DNA of 64,000 nt from Verrucomicrobiales bacterium (GCA_015075445.1 JABTUJ010000042.1:3732-67731); one strand, 5' to 3'. Counted from the first letter of the stretch, positions 9,546-18,378 are shown. Notes: generated by a model from the sequence alone, not told the origin. Numbers and translations: made by a program.

Positions 9546-11156
9546 ATGAGCAAGCGGTTCTACATCACCACCGCGATCGACTATGTCAACGGCCAACCGC
9601 ACCTCGGCCACGCGTACGAGAAAGTCATCACCGACGTCATCGCGCGCGCGCGTCGCAGCCTCGGCGAGCCGGTCTTCTTCCTGACCGGCACCGACGAGCA
9701 CGGCCAGAAGGTACAGCAGGCCGCCCAGGCGGTGGGCAAGACCGCCCAGGCCTATTGCGACGAGCTCGCCGCCCAGTTCCAGGCCCTGACCGTCGCCCTC
9801 AACCTCTCCAACGACGACTTCATCCGCACCACCGAACCCCGCCACAAAGCCGTCGTCTCCGCCCTCCTCACCAAGCTCCATGACCAGGGCGACCTCTACA
9901 AGGCCCCCTACCGCGGCTGGTATTCCTGGAAGGAAGAGACCTTTCTCACCGACAAAGACCGTGGACCCGACGGCACCTTCGCCCCCACCTGGGGTGAGGT
10001 GACGGAGCTCGTCGAGGAGAACTGGTACTTCCGCATGAGCCGCCACCAGGGCTGGCTGCTCGATCACCTCGAAGCCCATCCCGACTTCGTCCAGCCCGAC
10101 TACCGCCGCAACGAGATCCTCGGCTTCCTGCGCTCGGTCGCGCTCGATGACCTCTGCATCAGCCGCCCCCGCGCCCGCCTCAGTTGGGGCATCCCCCTGC
10201 CCTTCGATCCGGACTACGTGAACTACGTCTGGTTCGACGCCCTCACCAATTACTTCAGCGTGCCGGCCGCCCTGGGCGATCCGGGCGCCCTCGAGCCGCT
10301 CGGTGCGTATGCACCCAAGGCCGAAGGCCGAAGGCCGAAGGTCGAAGGGCGAAGTGCGGGGGACGAAGTTCGAAGTCCGGAAGCCGAAGTCCGGCTGTGG
10401 CCGGCGGACGTGCACGTCATCGGCAAGGACATCGTCCGGTTCCATGCGGTTTATTGGCCGATCATGCTCCATGCGGCCGGCGTCCCCCTGCCCCACCAGG
10501 TGCTCGTCCACGGCTGGTGGCAGAAGGACGGCGAGAAGATGAGCAAGACCACCGGCAACGTCGTGGACCCCCTCGCCGTCGTCCGTGACTGGGGCGTCGA
10601 TGCCTTTCGCTATTACGTCGTGCGCGAACTCGATATCGGGCCCGACGGCAATTGGACCGATGCCGGGTTTCGCGCCCGTTATACGGCCGAGCTCGCCAAC
10701 GGCCTGGGCAACCTCGTCAACCGCTCGCTCGCCATGCTCCAGCGCTATCGTGGCGGGATCGTGCCCGCGCGCTCGGACGAGCTGGCCACCGAGGTCCTGC
10801 AGACCGCCAGCCGGCTCACCGCCCAGCTCCGCGCCCACCAGCTCCAGGCCGGCCTCATCACCATCTGGGGCCTCGTCAACCGCGCCAACCAGTACGTGGA
10901 CCAAACCGCACCGTTCAAGCTCGCCAAGGACCCCGCCCAGGCCAGCCGCCTCGACGCCGTTCTCTACAACCTCGTCGAGACGTCCCGCATCCTCGCCGTC
11001 CTGCTCTGGCCGTTCCTCCCCACCACCGCGGCGCGAATCACGCAGCAACTCGGCCTGAACGAGACCCCCGATCACCTCAGCGCCGCGGATTGGGGCGGCC
11101 TCGCCCCCGGCCATCGGATCGGCCAGCCCGAACCCTTGTTCCCGCGCAAAGAATGA
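9546..11156 (+). CDS. metG: Methionine--tRNA ligase (with ~27-aa low-complexity insertion)
   Basis: MSKRFYITTAIDYVNGQPHLGHAYE (HIGH-type motif), GEKMSKTTGNVVDP (KMSKS). The insertion PKAEGRRPKVEGRSAGDEVRSPEAEVR precedes WPADVHVIGKDIVRFHAVYWP. Confidence 0.95.
   Translation: MSKRFYITTAIDYVNGQPHLGHAYEKVITDVIARARRSLGEPVFFLTGTDEHGQKVQQAAQAVGKTAQAYCDELAAQFQALTVALNLSNDDFIRTTEPRHKAVVSALLTKLHDQGDLYKAPYRGWYSWKEETFLTDKDRGPDGTFAPTWGEVTELVEENWYFRMSRHQGWLLDHLEAHPDFVQPDYRRNEILGFLRSVALDDLCISRPRARLSWGIPLPFDPDYVNYVWFDALTNYFSVPAALGDPGALEPLGAYAPKAEGRRPKVEGRSAGDEVRSPEAEVRLWPADVHVIGKDIVRFHAVYWPIMLHAAGVPLPHQVLVHGWWQKDGEKMSKTTGNVVDPLAVVRDWGVDAFRYYVVRELDIGPDGNWTDAGFRARYTAELANGLGNLVNRSLAMLQRYRGGIVPARSDELATEVLQTASRLTAQLRAHQLQAGLITIWGLVNRANQYVDQTAPFKLAKDPAQASRLDAVLYNLVETSRILAVLLWPFLPTTAARITQQLGLNETPDHLSAADWGGLAPGHRIGQPEPLFPRKE
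10316..10394 (+). repeat. Heptanucleotide array (GAAGGCC-like x ~11) inside metG
   Basis: aaggccg aaggccg aaggccg aaggtcg aagggcg aagtgcg ggggacg aagttcg aagtccgg aagccg aagtccgg. The array lies in frame within the coding sequence. Confidence 0.85.
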
Positions 11157-11157
11157 C

Positions 11158-11246
11158 GAAGGACCACGGACCACGGACCACGGACCGCGGGCTAAGGACC
11201 AACGACCATCAACAACGCATCACGGGTCACGCATCACGCATCACGG
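11158..11246. repeat. Heptanucleotide array (GGACCAC x4, then ACGCATC-like)
   Basis: ggaccac ggaccac ggaccac ggaccgc ... acgcatc acgggtc acgcatc acgcatc. It spans the gap between the metG stop and the 3' end of the epimerase gene, and encodes the last codons of the epimerase. Confidence 0.85.
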
Positions 11247-12129
11247 AAATATGTCCTTCCTCAAACAACTGCTCCAACATCTGCAAAAGCCCCTGCCCCA
11301 TGTCCACATAATAATTGGTGGTCAGTTTGCGCCCCACGCGGGGATGGAAGGCGTAAGGCGTCATCTGGTAATGGCTGTTTTCCGGGCCGGTGGCGGGTTG
11401 GTATTGGATGTGCAACGGCCGTCCCAACATCTCGCCGAACATCGTAAACAAATCCCGCAGCCGGATAGGGTGATGGCCGGTCAACACCACATGTTGATTG
11501 GCAAACTCCTCCGCCAGCGCGTCCACGCTCAACCGGGCGGCGTCTTCCACATGAATATACTCGCGGCTGTCTTCCGGCGTGCCCACATGCTCAATTTGCC
11601 CCGTCACCGCGGCCTGCCGCAGCAGCCGGTAGACGCCATTGCTGGCATCCGCGCGCGGGCCATACAAACTGCCATAACGCAAAATGGTGTACTCCAGCCC
11701 AAACTGCTGCTGATACTCCTCAATAAACGCCTCACACGCCTGTTTGCTGCACCGGTAGAATCCCCCGGCACGGCTGTACACATAGACCGTGCTGGCAAAC
11801 ACAAACCGGCTGACCCCATTGGCCCGCGCCGCCTCTAAAAAGTTGAGCGTACCCATGATGTTCAGTTCGGCGGTAGTGATGGGCTGGCTCTTGGCGGCGT
11901 TCAAGTCGGCCAGGGCGGCCAGGTGAAAAATGGCATCCTGCCCGGCTACGGCTTCGGCTACGGCCGTGCCATCGCGCATATCCGCCACCACCATCCGCTG
12001 CCTGGCTTGCAGGTAAGGCGACGGCCGTACATCAAACACCGTCACCCCATACCCCCGCGCCGTCAGCACATCAGCAATATGGCTACCCAAAAAACCGGCC
12101 CCGCCCGTCACCAACACTCGTTGTATCAT
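11227..12129 (-). CDS. NAD-dependent epimerase/dehydratase family protein (lower G+C than its surroundings)
   Basis: MIQRVLVTGGAGFLGSHIADVL (Rossmann GxxGxxG) ... YCRSKQACE (YxxxK). Sampled 60-nt lines give about 50-60% G+C, against about 70% in neighbouring genes. Confidence 0.85.
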   Translation of the reverse strand: MIQRVLVTGGAGFLGSHIADVLTARGYGVTVFDVRPSPYLQARQRMVVADMRDGTAVAEAVAGQDAIFHLAALADLNAAKSQPITTAELNIMGTLNFLEAARANGVSRFVFASTVYVYSRAGGFYRCSKQACEAFIEEYQQQFGLEYTILRYGSLYGPRADASNGVYRLLRQAAVTGQIEHVGTPEDSREYIHVEDAARLSVDALAEEFANQHVVLTGHHPIRLRDLFTMFGEMLGRPLHIQYQPATGPENSHYQMTPYAFHPRVGRKLTTNYYVDMGQGLLQMLEQLFEEGHISVMRDA

Positions 12130-12139
12130 CGCCATCAAG

Positions 12140-12212
12140 AGTGGGGTGAGCAGGAGAAGGGGTGAGGGGGTGAAAATCACCTGCTCACCCCCTCACCTGC
12201 TCACCTGCTCAC
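12140..12212. repeat. Imperfect palindrome built from GGTGAGC/GCTCACC words
   Basis: ggggtgagcaggagaaggggtgagggggtgaaaatcacctgctcaccccctcacctgctcacctgctcaccc, immediately upstream of the epimerase start. Confidence 0.75.
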
Positions 12213-12213
12213 C

Positions 12214-12345
12214 CGTCGACTCCTCCGCGACGTGGGTTACGCGGGCTGGGTCGCCCTCGAAATGGAGGGCAAGGAAGGCCGACCTCGCCGTCCCCCAAGG
12301 CATCGCCACCTGCGCCGAGCCGTTCGGACCCGTTTGGTGCTCCTG
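12214..12345 (+). pseudogene. 3' remnant of a xylose-isomerase-like TIM-barrel (sugar phosphate isomerase/epimerase) gene
   Basis: LLRDVGYAGWVALEMEGKE followed in another frame by ADLAVPQGIA. This matches the usual C-terminus (GY.GwvslE.Eg.e....vp.si) of that family. No N-terminal part is present upstream. Confidence 0.4.
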
Positions 12346-12365
12346 CCCGTCCCCCCTTTCCCGCA

Positions 12366-14229
12366 ATGGCCGAACCAGCCCGCCCCACCCGTCCCCGAAC
12401 GACAACGCCTGGACGTGGACGTAATACCGTCGGGTTCGGCCCCGCCACGCGGGATTCCTCACGACGTTGTCGCGCCAGCGCTGCTCCATCGGACGGCGCG
12501 CCGCCGCGGGTCGAGAGCGCGGTCGTACCCGGCCTGCCGCCCGGGTGGTGTGTTACGGGGCGCGCCCGATGACCTCAGCTGGTGTCGGGCGTCGTTACCC
12601 GCCCGCGCCTTGCGGGAAGTTGGCCGACCTCGACACCGCTGGCATCCCCATGGCCGTGCCGTGGGCGAGGAGAAAGGTCCACATGCCTGCTCGATCCGCA
12701 CAACGCCAGCCGGCGGTCGGCCGCGCTCGCAGCCGACGATTCGTTGATCCGCGCCGCGAAGGCGTGCGCCCGGCGACCACCACGCCCTCGACCTGCGCGG
12801 ACACCCGGTTCCTGCACAAGAAGGCGGGATGATCTTCTCCATGGGCCAGTTCGGCGCTTCGGTGGAGTCCAGCGCCCGGGTGCAGGCTCCGGCACGGTCA
12901 GATCTGGCGGGCACACCCGCCGCTGAAGCCCTCCTGGATGGCCAGCGCGTCACCGGCATCCGGCTCCTGGACCAGGGCGTGGACAAGCAAGGACGCCCTG
13001 TGGACGGGTTCGCCCCCGGCATGGACATCCACGCCGCCCTCACCGTAGTCGGCGATGGCCCCGTCGGCCCGATCGGCCGGCAACTCGACGCGCACTTCGG
13101 CCTCCCGCAAGGCCACCACACCCGCGACTGGGCAGTCGGCATGAAGTTCGTTGTGGACCTTCCCGAGAACACCCCGCTCCAGCCCGGCACCGTATGGCAC
13201 ACGTTCGGCTACCCCGAACCGGAGATCTTCGGCTTCCTCTACGTCCATCCCGACCGCGTGGCGTCGCTCGGGATCTTCGTGCCGTCATGGTTCGACAGCC
13301 CGATGCGGACGGCCTACCGCTACCTCCAGCATTGGATGCTCCATCCCTATCTCTGGCGGCACCTCGAAGGCGGTCGCCTCCGTTCCTGGGGCGCCAAGAC
13401 CTTGGGCGAATCCGGGCGCCGCGGCGAACCCCATCTGGTCGGCGACGGCTATGCACGCATCGGCGAGGGCAGCGGCACGACCAATGTCCTCACCGGGTCG
13501 GGTGTGGATGAGGCCTGGGCCAGCGGGGTCCAGCTCGCCGAGGCCGTCCTCGAGCTGCTCGAGGCCGGGAAACCCTTCACCCGCGCCAACCTCGAAGCCA
13601 CCTACGTGCGCCGCCGCCGCGCCAGTTGGCTCGAGACGGAAGCTCGCGTGGCCGAGAAGTCCCGCGACGGGTTCCAGTCCGGCGTCGTGCGCGGGCTGAT
13701 CGGGATGGCCGTGGCGGGTCTGACCGACGGCCGGCTGGCGTTGGGTGGTGAGCCGCAGCCACCGTGGCAACGCCTGCCCAGCATCGAGGAGTACTATCGC
13801 GGACGCGTGGCTCCCGAGGAGATCGTCCGGCTTCGCGAGCAGTGCCGCGCGCAGGGCGTTTCCCTGCACAACGCCCTGATGGACGCGGCGGGTTGGCCGC
13901 CCATCCCCTACGACGGCCGGTTGCTGGTATCGCACCAGGACGCGCTGCTCCTCGGCGGCAAGGTGCAGGCCCCGCCGGGTTACGCCGACCACGTGGTATT
14001 CCTCTATCCCGAGCTGTGCGAGCGGTGCGGAACCAAGATCTGCATCGAAGCCTGCAGCGGTCAGGCCATCACGCCGGGCGAAGCCGGCACGCCGGCCTTT
14101 GACCGTGAGAAATGCGTTCACTGTGGCGCGTGCCTCTGGAACTGCGCGCAACCCGTTCCGGGCCATCCCGACCAGATGAACATCGCGTTCCGCGCCGGCA
14201 CCGGCGGCCTCCACTCCGCCGAAAACTGA
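12366..14229 (+). CDS. Electron-transfer flavoprotein:quinone oxidoreductase (FixC/FixX-type fusion); first ~470 nt carries multiple frame changes
   Basis: An intact ORF 12829..14229 carries GDGPVGPIGRQL, HTFGYPEPEIFGFLYVHPD, and the ferredoxin end CERCGTKICIEACSG...CVHCGACLWNC...GGLHSAEN. Upstream pieces ERQRLDVDVI / VGFGPA / ASLPARALRE / DLDTAGIPMAVP / EEKVHM lie in different frames. Confidence 0.75.
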
Positions 14230-14243
14230 GCCCCTCCCCGCTT

Positions 14244-14328
14244 TTGGGGTCGCATCTTAACATTTAACATTCGCGAGTCCCGCCCCCCCTCCGCGCGGGA
14301 ATTGTTAAATGTTAAGATGCGACCCCAA
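14244..14328. repeat. AT-rich palindromic element, copy 1 (24-nt arms GGGGTCGCATCTTAACATTTAACA)
   Basis: ttggggtcgcatcttaacatttaaca - 33 nt - tgttaaatgttaagatgcgaccccaa, located between the convergent ETF-QO and small prepilin-like genes. Confidence 0.9.
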
Positions 14329-14350
14329 GGAGAGATTCCGGAGCGGACGA

Positions 14351-14726
14351 TCACTCGTTCTTGCCGGGGACGAAGGGGAACAGCCAGCGGTGTTCCAGAC
14401 CGGAGGCGATGATCTGCTTGCGGATCACCGGCACCGCCCGGTCCGGGTTGGACCCACTCCTGCACGCCACCCGCATTCGTGCTCAGGCGCTGAGGGAACC
14501 GGTCACCGTGGTCGGTGGCAAAGACGCGGAACGACAGGCCGATCTGCTTGAGTTGGTTGACGCACAGCATCCGGCGAGACCCAGTGCGCGGTGCCTTGTG
14601 GGGCAGCAGTACCGCCGCCAGGAGGGCCAGCACGGACACGACGACCAGCAATTCCACCAACGTCAGCGCACGCCCGCCTCGCCCTCGGCGCGGTCCGTCG
14701 CCCGGCTCCAGAGCATGATCCTTCAT
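14351..14726 (-). CDS. Small prepilin-type N-terminal domain protein, single frameshift near 14446-14462
   Basis: MKDHALEPGDGPRRGRGGRALTLVELLVVVSVLALLAAVLLP...CVNQLKQIGLSFRVFATDHGDRFPQRLSTNAGGVQEWV. It continues in another frame as GSNPDRAVPVIRKQIIASGLEHRWLFPFVPGKNE, with the stop at 14351-14353. Confidence 0.65.
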
Positions 14727-14845
14727 TCTCAAGGCCTGGTGGTAGGCCGGCAGAATCGGAGCACGATTCGTTCCGGGTCCGCCAACCGCCGTGAGGAGTG
14801 GATCCTGACGCACACCGAGTCTTCTGGACGTCGTGTGAGCATGCC

Positions 14846-14929
14846 TGGGGTCGCATCTTAACATTTAACAATTGCCCCGCAGAAGGCGGGCGGAAGTCGC
14901 CAATGTTAAATGTTAAGATGCGACCCCAA
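14846..14929. repeat. AT-rich palindromic element, copy 2
   Basis: It has the same 24-nt arms as copy 1 (14847-14870 and 14904-14927), but an unrelated 33-nt centre. Confidence 0.9.
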
Positions 14930-14997
14930 AATGACGGAGTCCCCTGCCTTCCCGGTTTGGGGTTGACCCGAGAGTCTTCAGTTTTACCCTGTCGCGT

Positions 14998-15990
14998 ATG
15001 AGCCACCGTACGATGGATGGGATGTCGCGCTGCGCTGCTTTGGTGCTCGCCGCCGCCTGGGTCTCGGGTTCGCTCCACGCGGCGACGGAGGGCGTGACGG
15101 TCCGCGAAGTCGACGGCAAGGTCCGGGTCGAGGTCAACGGCAACCTCTTCACGGAGTATCATTACCAGAACGTCTCGCGCCCCTTCCTCTACCCGATTCT
15201 GGGGCCCGGCGACCTCCCCATGACACGCAACTGGCCCATGAAGGAAGCCCCCGGCGAGGATCGGGATCATCCGCATCACCGCTCGCTGTGGTGGACCCAC
15301 GGTGCCGTCAACGGGGTGGATTTCTGGTCCGAGGGCGCGAACGCCGGCCGGACGGTGCACGACCGGTTCCTCAGCCTGCAGTCGGGACCCGACACGGGCG
15401 TCATTCACTCGCGCAACGTCCTCGTCGCCAAAGATGGGCGCCGGGTGGGCACCGTCGAGTTCATCCTCACCTTCCATCGCCGGACCGAGGATCGGGTGCT
15501 TGATTGGGAGACGAAGGTCACCGCCAGCGAAGGGGACCTGACGTTCGGCGATACGAAGGAAGGCACGATGGCGATCCGGCTGAACGAGACCATGCGCCTC
15601 AAGCCCAACAAGGAAAACGCCGGGCAACCGAAGGGGCGCATCGTGACCAGCGAAGGCGTCCGGGACGACGCCACCTGGGGCAAGCGGGCGGCCTGGGTGG
15701 ACTACCAGGGCCTGGTGCAGGGCGAGCTCCTGGGCGTGGCCATCTTCGATCATCCCAGCAACCCGCGTCATCCCACCTGGTGGCACGTGCGGGACTACGG
15801 GCTCTTCGCCGCCAACCCTTTCGGTATCCACGATTTCGAAAGGAAACCGGCGGGCACCGGGGATTTGGTGGTCGCCCGCGGGGAGAACCTCCGTTTCCGG
15901 TACCGCTTCGTTCTCCATCGCGGCGATGAACAGGCCGCCCGGGTGGCTGCCCTGTTCGAGGAATACGCCAAAGCAACCCCTTCGCGTTGA
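14998..15990 (+). CDS. PmoA-family (DUF6807-like) secreted protein
   Basis: YHYQNVSRPFLYPILGPGDLPMTRNWPM...DHPHHRSLWWTHG...FGDTKEGTMAIRL...WVDYQG...HPTWWHVRDYGLFAANPFG. This family is commonly paired with Gfo/Idh/MocA oxidoreductases. Confidence 0.75.
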   Translation: MSHRTMDGMSRCAALVLAAAWVSGSLHAATEGVTVREVDGKVRVEVNGNLFTEYHYQNVSRPFLYPILGPGDLPMTRNWPMKEAPGEDRDHPHHRSLWWTHGAVNGVDFWSEGANAGRTVHDRFLSLQSGPDTGVIHSRNVLVAKDGRRVGTVEFILTFHRRTEDRVLDWETKVTASEGDLTFGDTKEGTMAIRLNETMRLKPNKENAGQPKGRIVTSEGVRDDATWGKRAAWVDYQGLVQGELLGVAIFDHPSNPRHPTWWHVRDYGLFAANPFGIHDFERKPAGTGDLVVARGENLRFRYRFVLHRGDEQAARVAALFEEYAKATPSR

Positions 15991-16030
15991 ATCTTCCCCG
16001 CCGGAATCCGTCGAAACTCGCATACAAATC

Positions 16031-17506
16031 ATGAAGCAAACCACACTCACCCGTCGCGACTTCCTGCGTCACACCAGCCTGGCGATTGCCGGGGTGGGCA
16101 TGGCGCCGGCCTTCGCCGCGCAGACCACCGGCCGGGTTGTCGGCCCCAACGAAGAGATCCGCTTTGCCGTCGTTGGCTTTCGAGGCCAGGGAGGCAGCCA
16201 CATCAAGAGCATCCAGAGCTTGCGGGAGCAGGGCGTGAAGGTCCGCATCACCGCGCTTTGCGACGCGGACCGCGAGGTGCTCGAAGGTGGCGTGAAGGTC
16301 TTCAAGGACAAGGGTGAAGAGGTCAAGGGGTACACGGACATCCGCGAGTTGCTGCAGGATTCCAACGTGGACGCCCTCTCGATCGCCACGCCCAACCACT
16401 GGCATTCGTTGGGCACGATCTGGGCCGTGCAGGCGGGCAAGGATGTGTACGTCGAGAAACCCGTCTCGCACAACGTCTGGGAAGGTCGCCAGATGGTGAA
16501 GGCCGCGCGTCAGCATGGCCGCATCGTGCAGACCGGCACGCAATGCCGCTCCAGCCGGGAAGGCATCGCCACCGCCGTCGAGTGGGTCCGGGCCGGCAAC
16601 CTGGGCAAGATCCTCGCGGCGCGCGGGCTCTGCTACAAGCGGCGCGACACCATCGGCAAGGTCGACGGCCCGCAGCCCATCCCGCCGGGCATCGACTACG
16701 ACCTCTGGTGCGGACCGGCGCCGAAGGACCCCCTGACGCGCAAGCGGCTTCACTACGATTGGCACTGGGTGTGGCCGACCGGCAACGGGGACCTCGGCAA
16801 CCAGGGCATCCATCAGATGGACATCGCCCGCTGGTTCCTGGGCGAAGCGGAGTTGTCGCCGGCGGTGATCAGCATCGGCGGACGCTTTGGCTACGTGGAC
16901 GACGGCACCACCCCGAACACCCAGGTGATCGTGCACGGCTACCCGAAGGCGCCCCTTATCTTCGAGGTCCGCGGCCTGCCCGAGACGCGGGGCTCGAACA
17001 AGATGGACCGGTACATGGGCGGCAGCATCGCGGTCGTGGTGCATTGCGAGGGCGGCTACGTGCTCGTCCCGGACTACAACACCGCCATTGCCTTCGACAA
17101 ACAGGGCCAGGAAATCAAGAAGTTCGTGGGTGCCGAAAGCCACCACGCCAACTTCGTGAAGGCCGTCCGCAGCCGGAAACCCGAGGACCTGCACGCCGAT
17201 ATCCTGGAGGGCCATATCTCGAGCGCGCTCTGCCACACCGGCAACATCTCCTACCGTCTCGGCCGACTGCTCGACCCCGAGGAAATCCGGGATCGCCTCG
17301 CGACCAACTCTTTTGCCCTCGAGGCCTCCGAGCGGGCCTACGAGCATCTCCAGGCCAACCAGATCGACCTGCTCCTCACGCGCGCCACGCTGGGCGTGGC
17401 CCTCAAGATGGACCCGAAGACCGAGCGGTTCCTCGACCACCCCGCCGCGAACGAGATGCTCACGCGGGCGTATCGCGAACCTTTCGTGGTGCCGGCGCGG
17501 GTCTAA
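16031..17506 (+). CDS. Gfo/Idh/MocA family oxidoreductase with twin-arginine signal
   Basis: MKQTTLTRRDFLRHTSLAIAGVGMAPAFAAQ, then IRFAVVGFRGQGGSH...VYVEKPVSHN. Confidence 0.85.
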   Translation: MKQTTLTRRDFLRHTSLAIAGVGMAPAFAAQTTGRVVGPNEEIRFAVVGFRGQGGSHIKSIQSLREQGVKVRITALCDADREVLEGGVKVFKDKGEEVKGYTDIRELLQDSNVDALSIATPNHWHSLGTIWAVQAGKDVYVEKPVSHNVWEGRQMVKAARQHGRIVQTGTQCRSSREGIATAVEWVRAGNLGKILAARGLCYKRRDTIGKVDGPQPIPPGIDYDLWCGPAPKDPLTRKRLHYDWHWVWPTGNGDLGNQGIHQMDIARWFLGEAELSPAVISIGGRFGYVDDGTTPNTQVIVHGYPKAPLIFEVRGLPETRGSNKMDRYMGGSIAVVVHCEGGYVLVPDYNTAIAFDKQGQEIKKFVGAESHHANFVKAVRSRKPEDLHADILEGHISSALCHTGNISYRLGRLLDPEEIRDRLATNSFALEASERAYEHLQANQIDLLLTRATLGVALKMDPKTERFLDHPAANEMLTRAYREPFVVPARV

Positions 17507-18277
17507 ATGGGAATCGAGGCCCCCCGCCCGCCCATCCTCCTCCGCATGCACTTGCGTTGGATCAGGCAGTTTGCCGGCTGGACGATCAGCCTCGCCTGCG
17601 CGGGCCTTCCCTTGGCCGGCGCCGCAGCCAAACCGGTTCTCCCCTCCGGCTACCGGCTGTTGTACGAGCAGACCTTCGCGGACGCGACGGCCCTCCGCGA
17701 CTTCCAATTCAGCGATCCCCTGGCCTGGCGCCACTCGACGGCGCTGGGCCGGGGAGCCCTGGAACTGCATCGCCAGAGCCAGTACACCCCGCGTGTGCGT
17801 TCCCCGGTCAACCTGGCCCTGATCGCGGACCGCTGGTTTGGCGATTTCATCCTCGAAGTGGACCTGGTCCAAACCGGACGCGAGTACGGCCACCGTGACA
17901 TGTGCGTGTTTTTCGGGGCCAAGGACCCGGCCAACTTCTACTACGTGCACCTCGCCACCAAGGCGGACGATCACGCCCATAACGTCTTCCTCGTGAACGA
18001 CGCGCCCCGGGTGAAGATCGCCCAGCGAACCACCGACGGCGTCCAGTGGGGACTCGAGGTCTGGCATCGGGTCCGTCTTGAACGCACCCTGGCGGATGGC
18101 TCGATCAAGGTCTTCTTCAACGACCTCACCGAACCGATCATGGTCGCCACGGACCAGCACTTCGACTATGGCCTGATCGGCTTCGGATCGTTCGACGACA
18201 CCGGCATGGTCGCGAACGTTCGCGTCTGGGGCCCGGACTTCGCGCCCGTTCGTACCGGGTTCTTTCTTTCCCCGTAG
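17507..18277 (+). CDS. LamG/DUF1080-like secreted protein
   Basis: The ATG abuts the upstream stop. FGDFILEVDLVQTGREYGHRDMCVFFGAKD...HRVRLERTLADGSIKVFFND...GFGSFDDTGMVANVRVWG. The start could alternatively be 17546. Confidence 0.6.
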   Translation: MGIEAPRPPILLRMHLRWIRQFAGWTISLACAGLPLAGAAAKPVLPSGYRLLYEQTFADATALRDFQFSDPLAWRHSTALGRGALELHRQSQYTPRVRSPVNLALIADRWFGDFILEVDLVQTGREYGHRDMCVFFGAKDPANFYYVHLATKADDHAHNVFLVNDAPRVKIAQRTTDGVQWGLEVWHRVRLERTLADGSIKVFFNDLTEPIMVATDQHFDYGLIGFGSFDDTGMVANVRVWGPDFAPVRTGFFLSP

Positions 18278-18378
18278 GAGCCGACGTCAGGAGGCTCTGG
18301 CTGCCGGGCTGAGTCTCGTCACCTCGCCTCCTACCGGGGGCCGCCTGCCGGGCTGAGTCTCGTCACCTCGACTCCTAC
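18274..18378. repeat. Composite REP-like element (GTAGGAGCCGACGTCAGGAGG plus 2 x CTGCCGGGCTGAGTCTCGTCACCTCGMCTCCTAC)
   Basis: Direct duplication at 18301-18334 and 18346-18378. The GTAGGAG ... CTCCTAC ends are complementary. The element overlaps the TAG stop of the upstream gene. Confidence 0.85.
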
